64,000 nucleotides of DNA, from assembly GCA_951406725.2 (NCBI GenBank), contig OX597827.1:79670001-79734000 (forward strand). Reading direction: 5' to 3'. Below the pieces are notes generated by a model. The model did no database searches, was not told the origin of the DNA, and saw only the letters and a program-made list of their open reading frames with translations. The first letter of the stretch is position 1. The number at the start of each line of letters is the position of its first letter. This document shows, piece after piece, positions 1-13,830 of the stretch. A program made the translations under genes and the position numbers. This stretch comes from Octopus vulgaris (Eukaryota).

Positions 1-3000
1 TAAGGATACAGTATATAATTTGCTTTCTTTGCCCATTGGAATTTTAACTTATGTATCTTGTCTATTTCTTTCTCTTGTAATTCGTTCAATGACAATATGT
101 GGTAGGTGTGATTTTTAAAAAATATTTAGACAGTATATTCTTTTTTAATGATAGTGCTTCTTTTCCATATAAAATGAGGTGTAATTTAGAATATTATTAC
201 AATAGATGTAAGAAAATTATTGCTATAAGAGACAGAAACAAAATCGTTTATTTGAATGTGTAAGATTGGGTTGAATCAAGTTGTGCAACTTGTGTGAGAT
301 CATTTTTCATCTGCAGTTTCATATTATGCCATGATGGAAAACAAAATAAAAGATAACAAATTTGAAAGAATTTCATTTTATAGAATTAAATGGGAAGAGT
401 TCTTTAAATCTCTATTAAAAGAGAGCATTTGTAGTTAAAAGGCAAAATTTGAAATAATGCTGAGAAAACTCTGTTGGATAATGGTATCGGTAATAGCACC
501 TTAAAAATACCATAACTATTATTCTCATTAAGACCAAGAACTATTTCTAAAAACCAATTTCGAATTTGTACTAGGAGACTAGAAATCAATTTTTTTCTGT
601 CTTCTCTTTCCTTCTTCATTTTCCTTTAAATAATTAAGTTGTAATGTTTCTTTGCTATCTCCTGTATATGAATATTTTACTGCCAGCTCACTGGCAAAAC
701 ATTAATAATGATTCAAGTAAATATTAGTGAATTTGCAGTATGCAATATGGCTTATTGGTTTGTCATGATACTGCCTTAAAGGGGTGATGACACTTTTCAA
801 GTGTAAATCTTCTAGCTGCCTCGTAATGATTTTTACAGAAATTATATAGTTATTTGGAAAATATGTGGGGGATTTTCTCAAATATTGTTATGAATTAATG
901 ACATTAAAGAAATTAGATTGTTTATATATTAAACAAAATCAAAAATATATTAAAACTATCAATGATTAGAGATATTTCATATTGTAGCAATCTGAATATT
1001 ATGCCATTTGCCCATGTTTCAGTGATTATTGTAATGATTAGATTAACTTAATTACTGAGTAGATTCACTGCTCTGCCTCTTCATAAATCTTATATTTGTT
1101 ATTTTGTTTAAATCAAGGCTATGCTGGAGTACTACCTTTCATATCTGTGGGAGAAACTATTGTTATTTCACTTAGAATTATAATAATTCCTTAATGAATG
1201 GGTTAATATTAATTAACCAATTACCTTTTTCATTCTTTCTGCAATATTTTGATCAATAAAATATCCTTTAAGATACTGACTCAAAGTTTAAACTTAATAG
1301 AAATTCTCAATCTGTCTGTCTGTCTCTCTTTTTCTCTCTTATACATATTCCTTAGTCTGCATGTCCTTACTAGATTTTCCCTATTTTACTTTAAAAAAAA
1401 GCATATCATTATCGTGTACTGAAATCAAAAAACAAAATTAGAAATTAAATCAATGCAATAGAATTAAAATAAAGAAACTGAATTAAATAAAGTTTTGATT
1501 AAACAAAATATTTGCTTTAGAGTTTTTAACAAGACTATAAAGAGATGTCTCTGAATAATTTTTTCTACTTCTTTGGATTTTGATTATGATTCTTTAAAGT
1601 AATTCTCCAAAATCTAAAGGTATGCATACTTATTGTAAAGAGAGGATTATTATCTCTTACATTTTTAGCAGAACTTTTAGATTTAGATGACTTATTTTCT
1701 TAAATAAATTACTCCTAATTGGAAAGAGTGTTGATCTTCTATTAGAGTTTAAAGTGGACTGCATATAACAGCAAACCAAACAGTGTATCTCTGAACCAAG
1801 CTTCTGCAAATGGTAGGTTTCCAAGTGGATGGGAGCAATAATGAAGCATAGAATCATTCTACATTATTTTACAAGTAGCATCTTAATCTCAAAAGATAAA
1901 TAGTCTTTATTACAGTCATAACTTTCATTGATTTTTAATAATATATTTCAGCAGTCATACATTTTCTGTTCAATTCTTCAGTTGAAGTGTTTGCTTAGGA
2001 ATGAACAGGATGTGACCTTTACAACCACACATTTCTACTTAGCATGGTAAAAGACATTGCTAAATGATTTCATCACTATATTTACACAGTGCAGCTTTGT
2101 TTATCACTACAAAAGCAATTCTCTGTGTAATATTTATTGCATGATAATCCAATTGGCAGTTAAGATTCCACTCATGCCTCTCCTTTTAGTATTTTCCAAT
2201 TGACCTTTCAGAGCACTTCATATGGTGAGGCTGATTTTGATGGAAGATATATGACTATTTAATTATTGTTGATAATATTGTTGGAGTTTTATGACAGAAA
2301 GCATAGTTGAGAAAATTGCATACAGTTGATATTAATTCTAGTTAATTAGCCATATGATACTTAAATATGTGAAGTTGACTGAGAATATTTTTCCACCATT
2401 AATTGTTTTTGTCTTATATTGTCATAATTCTGAAATGATATTCACTATTGACACATCATACTTCATTCTTATTTGTTATAGTCTATCTGCATCTACACAC
2501 ACACACATACACACACGCACACCCTCTCTTCTCCCTTTCTCTTTCTCTCACCCTCTCTCATATATATAATGTTCTCCTTAATTTGGAAATTGCTATATTG
2601 AAAAGGTTGCTTTAATAAATGTATAATCCCAAAAGAAATAAAACACGACTAATTTGAAGCTGTAATATGTATAGCTTAAACATGACTTTCTAATTACAAA
2701 AGTCATTAACTTGTTGACTTCTTTGACATTTTGGTAATTTTCAATTAAAATATTAACTTTGCAATATCACATTATCATGGCTTTCAAGTTGCTGCTTGTC
2801 TTTCTGGCATAATATAATATTTTTGTTGTGATTTTATTTTCTAAGAATGTCTACATCAAAATGATGTAAAAGAAAGTATTTTCTGGCAAGTGTACCTCAG
2901 TGTCAATCTCTCGTGTTCAAAATTCAAGATAATTGCTTCATTGAGAGGCTTCATTTTGCACCATATTTGCTCTGGCATTATTTGGCTCAGGGAAAATAGA

Positions 3001-3913
3001 AAAAATATCTATAATTTAATTCTAAAGTCTCTTCTGTTACTTATATTGCCTGTGAAAGTTGAGTCCAATTAGATCTGAAATAGGAAATAGATGTGAGGTC
3101 AAAATTTGAATACCAGTTGTGATGTTCCTTGATCATTCTTTAAAATTGTGTAGTCTCCAGCAATAAAAGCTACAACTCTCAGGGTTTTAATCAAGGCTTA
3201 TATTTGCTAGCTCATCATTCCAAAGAATAATTACGTAATGGATATTAGAGCTTTAAAGCTAAATCTTTTCTGATTATATGTTTAATTTCATTTATAAAAA
3301 ATTGCCATCTGATGTTCATCTTTGCTGAAGGAGTTTATCAAAGGCTAGTATATGTGCTGATCTTTTCCAATCATCGTATCTTTCAGTGATGTACTTTATC
3401 TATTATCCTGACTGTTCCATCAGAGTTTATATCTTCTCTTTTCACCCCCAAAGTGATCAGCAATGCCTAGTTTTTCTGCCTCTCACGAATAACAGTTTGC
3501 AATATTCTTATAACTTAGTTTTAATAGAAGGTTGGTCACATCTCTGTATTCACTACCACGACTGCAGCATCAGAATTCACACAGTTCTTAGTTATGATCC
3601 ATTCGAATGGAGTTTTTGTTCAGGAGAGATGAATCTGAAGGAAAAGGAGAATTAGCTGACCTTCATGTTAATAACTCACCCGGGAGCATGGATTCTTAAC
3701 ATCCATACATCATAAGCCCACACTTACAAGATAATATTTGAAATTTGATTATCACTGTCCATAGAGTGTGAAGAAAAGGATTCTTTGCAGCCTGTAACAT
3801 TTAACAAGTCTAAAGTTTTCAGCATTTGCTCTTTTTAACCTTTGCCCTACCGGTGTGGGTTAAGCAAATGTAAAAAAAAAAAAAAATTTTTTTAAAAAGC
3901 AGCATTTACTCAC

Positions 3914-3960
3914 GCATATCCATCATATCTCATCTTTTTGGTTTGATCTGTCACCCCAGT
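3914..3960 (-). other. Candidate 47-nt spliced exon of an unidentified transcript
   Basis: On the minus strand, acceptor ttaatttctcatcttatAG and donor GTGAGT flank the segment; one open frame reads TGVTDQTKKMRYDGY. No homology recognised. Confidence 0.3.
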
Positions 3961-6900
3961 CTATAAGATGAGAAATTAATAAAGCCAACAAGAAATTAAT
4001 AAGTCAGCTTTACTTGGGAGTAGACATGATCAAAGGATTGACTGATGTCAAGAACAACAGCAGAGCTTTTCCATTGTTCTCACAAGAAAGCCACTACAAA
4101 CTGTGTATCATATGAATGAATTTCAGATAACTTTGTTTATATATATATATATATATAAATAAGGATAAGATCGTTATTTAAAATACCGATCATATCAGGT
4201 GGTTAGCATGGGAAAAACCTCGTAGGTAATAATAATTATTACCTATATATAAATTATATATATAATTGGTAAGTGAAGGAAGCAATGCTAGGTGATAAAA
4301 AAAAAATGTAGACATTTAGAATAGTTTCTAGTCTTTTTGAGGCATTAGCAAAGTAGCAGTTAAGATGTTATGGAAATTAGTGTTGCTATCAACAAATATA
4401 ACATCAGTATTGTTGATAATAATAATAATAACAGTAATCCTTGTCACAATGCAAACTATATCATTTAATAATTATAATGTGATAATAACTGCGATAATAT
4501 TAATGTACTTTTACAACAGTTATCTATGATTGGTTCTGTATTTAATTTACTTTGTTAATTCTAACTAGAAATTGGTGTTATGCACCATAATTTCCCTCCA
4601 CTCTCATCTTTTCTACTTCACATCATCAGAAATGATTTCATCTATACCAGTAGAATGGAAGTTAAAGTCAGTATTGACAAGACTGGAACTGGAGACAATA
4701 GTAACACAATTGCCATTAAAACTAACAACAGTTCATTACAGTCTTAGAAATAAAATGTTCATAACATTAGCAACTGTATTGTCAGCAAACACAGTGCTAT
4801 CATCAATACGCCCATCTTCAAGTTTCAATATCTTCCCCATCACCATCATCTCACCATCATGTCTACCACTATTGCCTCATAGTAACAACAGGAATAATAC
4901 TAATAAATCAACAGAAACAACTGATAAAAGATGAGCTCACAGATAAAAGAATAGATAAATTTAAATATTGTTCAAACTTGTGCTGAGAATTCATTTTTAT
5001 CAGGAACCCAGACTGACAGTATATTTCATTACACAGAAAGTCTGTTGAGAATAACAATGGCTTTCTCAGCAAGTGACAACAGAAAGGGATTTATTAATTC
5101 TTATCAGTTTCCCTTCTTTTTTCACCCTTTTTACTGTTTCTATAGAATTTTTAGATTTAACAGATATAGTATTGTATTAAAATGTTTTTTTAGTGTCATG
5201 CTCTTAAATTTATTGTTATTTAAATTTTTTCTCCTCCATATTTATCATCTCGCTTTTCTCTAGCAAGCTATCTATCTGTTTATCTCAACCTTGCTTTCTC
5301 TCAAAGAGATCTTTGAACATAAATAGTTGATACGTGTACATTCCTGTAGATTTTCTCTGAAGTAAATGTAATATAGTCAATATTGTATGTCATTGCTACA
5401 CACTTCATACACATTGCGTTCTTTTAGCTTTCAGAGAATCAGTTGATGTGAGAAAAGTCTGCAACATAAAACAGTCTTTATCTTGATGATTGGCAGAGTT
5501 ATTGTTTGAGGCAAAATGTTATAAACTAATGATATTGGTATTTTATGAGCTGAAGCATTGTTTCCAGTGTAAAATTGTTATATCAAAGCAAAACTAATAC
5601 TACAAGTGATATTACAATATGTAATCCATATGTATAATACAATTATATTGTTTGAGATATTATTATTACTAAATATGCCACTCTTTGTAGGTAAAATTAT
5701 TTTATTTCTGTATGCTGTAAATTTATACAGGACTTAGTAAATTAGTGGCACTTATATCACTATAGACTTGTTCCAGCTTAAACATTAACATTATTTTCCA
5801 TAAATCTTTCAGCATCCATCCACCACGAATTGATAAATCATTCATTATTGAAACCTTAAACACAATATTTCTTAAAGTTTAGGTCACTTGGCTCTTTCCA
5901 TAACTAACTTTTTTCTTTTATCTCTTCACCCATCTCACATCTCTTTTAAATCAGTAAGCAATGCTGTGATCTTTGTCAATTTTTTCTCTACAACTGACGC
6001 TAAAAAATTATCATGGAATAATTAAGATAATTGGCTGTATATCTCCATCTTCCTCTGTTCATTTGTCCCCTGAAGAGAGATATCTCTGATATTAAGTGTA
6101 CTTACGTCTCTTGGTTACCATGTAATGTTGCAATCACACTTTCTTCTATTATTGATGGTCTTAGGTGATGTCACATTTGTTAACTGATGATTAAACAGCA
6201 TTATTGTTATTGGTAATATATATTCATTGCACTGATACAAATGTGAAAATTGTTTTAATTGTATTTTGATTTTAAAATTATTTTTAGTTTGAAAATTAAT
6301 ATTCATTTCATTTGTATTCCCTTCACCATAAAATTTTAAAAAAGGAAACTTGTAGTTATTCTACCTATATAACCTTACCTGATATTACTCACAAGTAAAA
6401 GTATATTCCAGACATTACCTGTGATAAAACATGTAACATTCTGATTTCTTTTTACAAACATGGATTTCACATAACACAGATATTTGTGAAGCTGAACAAT
6501 TAATTGTTGAATAAACCACTTCTATTCATATCTTTGTATACTGTCTCTATTTTCTTAGTATTTCATTACTCTTAGGGCCATCTGAATCCTAAATTCACTC
6601 CTTGATCATATTTTTTATACTATTACTTTTAATTATTCAAATGTATTCATGAAATATAAAAATCCTTTTAGTACTCATTTTCTATTTGTATGCTACTAGT
6701 TTTATCTAATTCTCTCTCCAAAATAATTATAATTAAGTTTATACATACATATTTTCAATATATTCTAAAATCTTACTTAAAAAAAATATACCTCAATTTT
6801 TAATATTTGAAAGAATATTTTATACTAGAAAACACTAGTAAGCAAGAGTTAGTAAAAACAAGATAGTGTTGTTCTTTTTAAAACTGAATACAAATTGCGA

Positions 6901-7004
6901 CTAAAAGGAAACTTGCATAAGATGGTTGGTCCCTTATATACAAGGTGAATTCATTCTATACAAGGTTGAATACGTTATATACCGGGTTAATAATATATAT
7001 ATAG

Positions 7005-7200
7005 TTTTTGTATTTGGTTTGGAAGATTCTTTATGTGAATTCATGTGTTGAAGCATGTTTTATTGTGTCTGGAGTGAGTCATTCTGTTTTAATGCCTTAT
7101 TAATTAACACACTCACTAGTTTGATTTCCACTCATTTATTTATTTATTTCTTCTAAAATTTTCATTGCTTCTTGCAACCTCTTCAATAGTTGTTGACTCT
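7005..7200. repeat. Dispersed repeat related to the 12.1-12.6 kb palindromic element
   Basis: Blocks tttgtatttggtttggaagattctttatgtg, attgtgtctggagtgagtcatt and ttcattgcttcttgcaacctcttca match segments at 12098-12610. Confidence 0.45.
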
Positions 7201-8148
7201 GTCCGTTATTGGTGCTGCATTCTTTTTGTTTGTTTGTGTGCATCAGTGTGCATGGGTATACATGTGTGTGTATGCATATATGTGTGTGTGTGCGTGTATG
7301 TATGTATGTGTTCTGAATATTCATGTTTTCATGTGTATTTGTGTGTATACCACTGTCTCCTTGTGTGTGCATGTTTGAGCATGTCGATGAGTATGGGTTT
7401 GTGTGACTGTGTGTATCTGTTATGTATGGGTGTATTTCCATGTGTGTCCTTGTGTATCTTCAATAGTTCATATAACTAATGGGGGGCGGGAGCCTCTGGA
7501 AATGGAACTTAACTCCATTTCCTCAGTATGAAGTGAGTGGAATATAAGTCTCTCCTGTGTAGGTTATTAGTCTATTGCAGGAAACAATCTTCAATGATCT
7601 TATAATCTGTTCCCATATATTCTGTACGCTGTCAGTTTTTCATGTATCAACTACTTGATTGTGCATACCTGAATCAAACTTAATTCTTTAATAATTAGAT
7701 ACTGCACTAATGAGCCAGGTGCTCAAAGTGGATGATTTAAAAAAAAAAATCTGACAGTAAATTTAAACTTGATGATACATTTTTAAAATTTTGAAAATAT
7801 ATTTAGTTCAGTGATAAAGAACAAAGTGTCTCTCACTTTGCTTTGAAATAATTTATGGTACGTCTAAATACGTTTTCCTTTATAGAAAGAATTATTTTTA
7901 CTTTGATTCTTATATAATCATTGTTTACATTTATTGTCATATTTCATTATTGGAAAAAAACCTGTTAGATATTTCTGAGTGTTTACTCCCACTAAGTTCA
8001 TCTTTGTTTTTTTTATCCTTCAGAGATGATAAAACATATACCAGGGAAATACTGGAGTCAATTTAAAGTGAATGCTCCTAGCCTTTGAAATTTTCACATG
8101 AAATTATTTGGTGTTCCTAGTACCTGAACGCCAACCTGCTTTCCCAGT

Positions 8149-8377
8149 ACCCATCACCTACCCACTTTCAAAAAGCTAAAAACACACTATCTTTCACTCT
8201 CATCTAATGTTTCATGCTTGCATAGAATTGTACTGAAATAGCAGATATAAAAAATATTAGAGCACCACCAGAAAATCTGACATGCTAGAAACAACAGGTA
8301 AACTTCCCCACTTTCTTAAAAGCTAAAGGTGAAACATTGGGAACTTGTAGCTCTTTGAAAGTGGTGAGGTGATGGGT
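8149..8377. repeat. 30-bp imperfect inverted repeat (MITE-like remnant)
   Basis: acccatcacctacccactttcaaaaagcta (8149-8178) versus tagctctttgaaagtggtgaggtgatgggt (8348-8377). The internal 27-mer tctgacatgctagaaacaacaggtaaa recurs at about 8642. Confidence 0.5.
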
Positions 8378-8904
8378 GGATGTTTGGCTAGGAGATTTTA
8401 GTGTTTCTTTAAGAAAAAAGAAAGAAAATTTTTAAAGATTCATACTCTTTTGTTTTTTTCTCTGTTGATTGCCAAGAAAGAAATTCAAAAAAGTAAAGCA
8501 TGAAGAAACTGGGATGGAGAAGGGAGAAAATTAAAATATTAAGAACGTGTTTTTGTGCAAAATCCTAATATCCTGTATTGAAAACATAGGAATCAGAAGC
8601 AATTTAGGAAAAGAAAATCAGCAAGGGGTGCAAATGTCATCTCTGACATGCTAGAAACAACAGGTAAAGGACAAGATTTCTGGAACTTTCTTTTGTAGAA
8701 AAAGGTTAGAAAAAGGTGATTTCAATTGGATTTGAGCTGTAATTTTGTGCATGCATATAACAAGAAATAACATAATTCATACAGAAGTTTTACCTACAGT
8801 GTGTGTGCCAAAGGAATTTATCTTATGGCATTCTTTCGTTTGAAGCAGGAAAGTTGTTAACTCAATCATATGATCGATCATTTGGGATCATATTATTGTT
8901 TGTT

Positions 8905-10712
8905 AATTTCTGTAAAAGTTTTTTTATTTCTTTATGCTTTAAAGAGAGCAGAAATTGAAAGAGAAGAGAAAGTGAAAAAGCAACACTTGCTTTGGAGTGA
9001 GAGCTGAAAGTGAAAGATAGGAGAAAGTGAAAGATGTATGTACGTGTATATGAAATGGATGTGTGTGAGGGAGAGACAGAGAGTAAGTGAAGGTGTGTGT
9101 GTTGTCATGTATGTACTTTTGTATGTATAAGTAGCACTCACTCTCTCTTTCTTTCTCTCTCTCTCCCTCTCGCACACATTACCTTTCATATACACGTACA
9201 TAAATACATATGCATACATGTTTTTTGTATGTATGTGTGCATGTAAAAGAGAAAGTGAGTGACTCATCATATAGAGAAATGGATGTCTTTTAAGGTACAC
9301 TCATACAGAAAATGTGACGTCATCGTCATCATGGTATAAGATATTGTTAGTTAGTTAGTTAGTTAATTTGGCTCAAAAGGAAATAGCAAGGCCATGTAGG
9401 GGGACATGGAGTTAAGTACAGGGTGGTGTTCATGTAAAGAGTTCAGGCCACTTGAGGTCCAGGGAGGCTTTGAACAAAGCGGTCGTCGGCATCTTCACCA
9501 TCTCGTCTGGCAGCTTGTTCCACGGATCCGCAACCCGGACGGAGAAAGCTCCTCTCCTTCGATTGAGATGAAATCGTCGCAGGTAGAGCTTTTCGGAATG
9601 ACCCCGCAGCCGACGCTCCGGAGCAGGAGTGAAGAACAGCTCTTTCGAGAGGTTACACTTCCCGCTTATGATGTTGTGGGCGAGAATGAGATCACCACGG
9701 CGGCGGCGTTTTTCAAGAGAATAAAGGTCGAGCGTCCTCAGCCTTTCTTCGTAGGACAAATTTTTGAGACCATGAACCATGCGGGTAGCCAGCCTCTGGA
9801 CTCTTTCGAGATGCTGTATGTCTTTGAGGAGATAAGGAGAAGAGGCTTGAATCCCATACTCCAATATGGGTCTCACCAGCGTGACATAGAGTGGTAGGAA
9901 TATGGCTGCTGTGAGCATTCCGAATGACCGTCGAATCAAAAACAGAATTCCGCGCGCTTTGTTGGCAGCATGGACGCACTGGGCCGAAGGCGAAAAGGAG
10001 GAATCCACCAAGATACCCAGGTCCTTTACCTGATCGGTCCTCTCCAGCAGCAGATTGTTTAGGATAGTTGAATCATAGAAAGATTATAATGTTAAATTTT
10101 TGTAATGTAAATGTGTAAATGAGAATAAAGTTTATTTATTAGCTGAATGATTACTGAATCTTTTGATACCCCATATATCAAAATCAGGAACTCAGTTTTT
10201 GAATGTATTTGTGAATTTCTGTAATTTTTTTATTTCTTTATGCTTTGAAAAGAGCAGAAGTTGAAAGAAAAAGTGCAAGATGTATATACATGTATATGAA
10301 ATGGATGTGTGTGTGCATGTCCGTGAGAGAGAAGGAGAGAGTGAGTGAAGATGTGTGGCACTCGGTCACTCACTCTCTCTCTCACACACGCACACACACC
10401 TTTCATATACATTTTACATGCATCTTTTTGCATGTATGTGTGCATGTGAGAGAGAGTGAGTGTCTGTATTTCATCATAACATTTAGAGAAATGGATGTGT
10501 TTTAAGGTACATGTGCATATAGAAAGTGTGACATCATTGTTGTTGTCATTGTGGTATAAAATGTTTACAATAGTTGACTTATAGAAAAGATTATAACGTG
10601 AAACTTTTGTAATGCAAATATGTAAATGAAAATAAACTTTATTTGGTAATTGTGAGATTACTGGTTCTTTTGATAACCCATACGTCAAAATCGGCAGCTC
10701 AGTTTCTGAATA
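8905..10712. repeat. Diverged tandem duplication of a ~500-600 bp unit; the first unit is interrupted by a CR1-like LINE
   Basis: Units start aatttctgtaa...tatttctttatgcttt at 8905 and 10214 and share ordered blocks (atatgaaatggatgtgtgtg, agagaaatggatgt, ccata..tcaaaatc.g.a.ctcagttt). Confidence 0.8.
9346..10052 (-). mobile_element. 5'-truncated CR1-like LINE (RT C-terminus, 3'UTR, (AACT)n tail)
   Basis: ORF 9430-10011 has LYVTLVRPILEY, ERVQRLATRMV, YEERLRTLDLYSLEKRRRRGDLI and WNKLP. The tail reads (ttag)n on +. Probable TSD attgtt at 9343-9348 and 10054-10059. Confidence 0.93.
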
Positions 10713-10879
10713 CATAAGGAAGATATGCACACACACACACACACATACAAACTCTCTTTTATATATATATGGAAGACGTCTCTGTCTGTCTCTCACAATC
10801 CCTGTGTGTCTATCTCTTCCTGTCTCCTCCCCTTCCCTGATATCAGCCACCCTCATTATACCACATTTTCCTGAACCCA

Positions 10880-11090
10880 ACACTTTTGCACTCATCTCAT
10901 TTTATCATGTAATTAGCCCAACTGTTGAGGTCGGTCTGTTATCAATTTATATTGAAATCTAATTAGCCTAAAATTTAACTGGATGTTAGTTCAACATGTA
11001 TTCAAAGTTTGGTGAACATTGGTTCTCTGGTTAGCGTAGCAAGAGGGTAAAAAGACAGACGGACAGAAATTGCTATTTATATATTATATA
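10880..11090 (+). mobile_element. Possible non-autonomous Helitron-like 3' end
   Basis: caaagtttggtgaacattgg...ggtt...gacagacggacagaaattgctatttatatattata resembles by eye the ends of Lep1/DINE-type helitron derivatives. Confidence 0.3.
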
Positions 11091-11198
11091 TATGTATATA
11101 TACGTGTGTGTGTGTGTATGCACATATACAAACACGCACATAGGTGCAAAACAAGGTGGAGGAAATAGTACTCGAATACAAAAGGTAGAGTAATATAC

Positions 11199-12063
11199 TA
11201 TTTCAATGAAGCTGAAAAGATCTTCACAAACTATTATTCAGAGTTTCTGGTGACCTTTTATCAGACAGTCGTGATAATATGGAATAATTAAATTATATGA
11301 GTGTATATAATAGAATCTTTAGTAAATACAGTTCTCTGAATAAGCATTTCAATCTGATTGGGTCATTAATTTAAAAAAATGACCAGTGTATATTTGGCTG
11401 TCAGTGGGGCCTGACCTTAGAGGAGAAATAAATATAAACAATATTTGAATGAAAAAACACTTTGTGTAAAAGCGAATAAACAAAAAACAGGAAAAAATAG
11501 AATATGTCTAGAAATGTAAATTGCAAATAATTAAAAGGAATAGAATCAAAAAGAGGGGTTTAAAATAGGAATTAGAATTGGATAGATTAAAAGCTGTAGA
11601 AGAGAATTTTTTGTTTTGTATCTTTTGTTTGCTTATTTTATTCTCATCTCCATCTTTTAATCTTTAATATTAATTCTAATTTTAATTTGAAACCCCTTTT
11701 TCTGACTTCTATTATGTTTTCTAATTATTTGCTATTCCTATTTCTGGACATATCTATTATATTCTATTCTTTTGCTCACTAGATTTTACATGATTTTTTT
11801 TATATTCAACTATTGTTTATATTTTATATATATTTCTCCTTTCATGTCAACCTTCACAGGCAACCAGTTATATACTGTTAACTTTTTGAGGGTAGTAAAC
11901 TAATCAGATTGAAATGCTTATTCATTAAACTGTATCTACTAAAGACTATATTATATATGCTCACATAATTTAATCATTTTGTATCATTACAACTGTCTGA
12001 TGAACAGTCACATGAAACTCTGAGTAGCAGACTGTGGAGATTTTTTCCAGTTTTAATAAAATA
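11199..12063. mobile_element. ~860-bp diverged palindrome, Penelope pLTR-like, with a hammerhead-like motif in each arm
   Basis: Arms pair, e.g. tgaataagcatttcaatctgatt / aatcagattgaaatgcttattca and aggagaaata..tataaacaata / tattgtttat..tatttctcct. Centre is near 11620. Confidence 0.75.
11993..12030 (+). ncRNA. Minimal type I hammerhead ribozyme motif
   Basis: ctgt-CTGATGA-acagtcacat-GAAA-ctc-t-gag-TA-gcag: intact core, GUA triplet, stems I and III can form; stem II is weak. Confidence 0.6.
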
Positions 12064-12149
12064 ATGTGTGTGTGTATGTGATATATATATATATACAATT
12101 GTGTCTTGGGGGAATCATTACACAAATACTAATAAATAATGATAACACA

Positions 12150-12546
12150 AAACACAGATTCAATTCCATTTCTTTATTATTAGTGAATTGGTTAAATACC
12201 TAACCAACCAACTAATTAATTAATCATTTATTTAACATGTTGGTTAAGCAATCAGTCAGTTGTTTGTCTGTCAAATTTCTTTCATTGCTCTTTACAACAT
12301 TTTCAGTGACCTTTGACTCTTTGTTTGCTTCAAGGCCTGCTTTTGTCTGTCTTGAAAGCAGGCATTGGAGCAAGTTAGGAGTCACAAGTCACTGAATAAG
12401 TTGCAAACAGCATTGAAAGGGCTTCCGTGGACAAACAAACAACTAATTGATTGTTTAACCAACACGTTGAACAAATGATTGGTTAGTTGGTTAGATATTT
12501 AAACAATTGACAAATAATAAAGAAGTGGAGGAATTGAACCTGTGCA
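12150..12546. repeat. ~400-bp imperfect palindrome (fold-back element)
   Basis: Centre gcctgcttt...aaagcaggc near 12347; paired arms ttcagtgac/gtcactgaa, taaccaaccaact/ggttagttggttag, tctttattatt/aataataaaga. Confidence 0.75.
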
Positions 12547-12659
12547 CGTATTAACAAAATTTGTTCCAACACACAATTTCACATCAAGAATCTTGCTAAC
12601 TGAATACAAAGAAAAAATACATACAGAGAGAGAGAGAGGTCATTTTTCAGTTAATATAT

Positions 12660-12780
12660 ATGAAATCCATCGCAAAGCTTTTGTAGAACACACTGGCTGA
12701 AAATGCTGTACTGTGGAATTTAACCCCAAACCACATATTTGGGAATGAAACTTCTCAGTTACACATCTATGCATGATTTC
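12660..12780 (-). mobile_element. Degenerate head fragment of the tRNA-derived SINE
   Basis: Reverse-complement similarity to the head of the 36581 SINE (aaatcca.t.gcaa.gct; aacccc..aaccaca). Confidence 0.4.
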
Positions 12781-13589
12781 CTTCATTTAAGTTAAGCAGC
12801 AAAGCTATAAGGAATTTTTTGAGACCTTAAGATAAGGAAGGGAGCAAGAATAAAATAGAACCCAAGAAAGTGGTTCAGGGTTCACCTGTCACACACAGTT
12901 TAGCAAATGTATACAGAAATAAAGTTTAAGTCCAAAGAAAGAATACAATAACGGCTCAGCAATATCGATATGCACATTAGAGTAGAAGGTAAAAATAAAC
13001 AGATAAAAAAGCATCAGATGAAAAATACTTTGGCAATGTTTTCTCTATAAAAAGGGTTATATATTTTGTAATATTTTCAACTGATTTGAGGCATTTTTCA
13101 AAAACTGTAAAGTGACGAAAAAAGAAAGAATGTATTTAAATGCATACGTACACAACATAAGCATATTTTAATATTTGAGCTTAAAATATAAGAATCAATT
13201 GTAAAATATCCTTAAGTAAAATGGTAAAATGATATAACTATTGGAATAAATGAAAGCTAAGTTCAAAGAATTATAGTGAATGTATGTTATATAAACAATA
13301 TATGCATCTATGTAACTCTTGGTTTAAAGTTTAACTTGCTATTCAAGTTAAAACATTTCAGAGGACTTAAGCCATAGTTAGACAATTTAATGGTATTCCT
13401 ATAAATATACATATATTAACATTTAGATGTAAGTATATGCATGCAAGATTATTGATCTCATGAAAGAACAGGGGGTTCAACACATAGAAATTTTTCTGTT
13501 TTTTAAAAAAGCTAAAATTATTTGATAGAAAAATGCATTGATATAACACATTTTATTGCATTAGAGATGTCTGTATGTATACATTTGAT

Positions 13590-13670
13590 GTATAAGTGTG
13601 TGCACGTATATAAATGTGTGTGTGTATGTATATATGTATATGTTTGTATTTATGTATGTACATGTATACA

Positions 13671-13720
<50 letters not shown>

Positions 13721-13727
13721 TAGACAG

Positions 13728-13809
<82 letters not shown>

Positions 13810-13830
13810 GGAGAGAGAGAGAGAGGTGGG
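13590..13830. repeat. Compound microsatellite (TG)n/(TA)n/(CA)n/(TC)n/(GA)n
   Basis: Directly visible; accounts for three spurious ORFs. Confidence 0.95.

Noticed and set aside
4572-4934. 120-aa Ser/Thr-rich ORF
   Set aside because: Non-ATG start, low complexity and no recognisable domain.
9406-9897. 163-aa plus-strand ORF (and 54648-54959 minus)
   Set aside because: Antisense shadow of the CR1 RT ORF.
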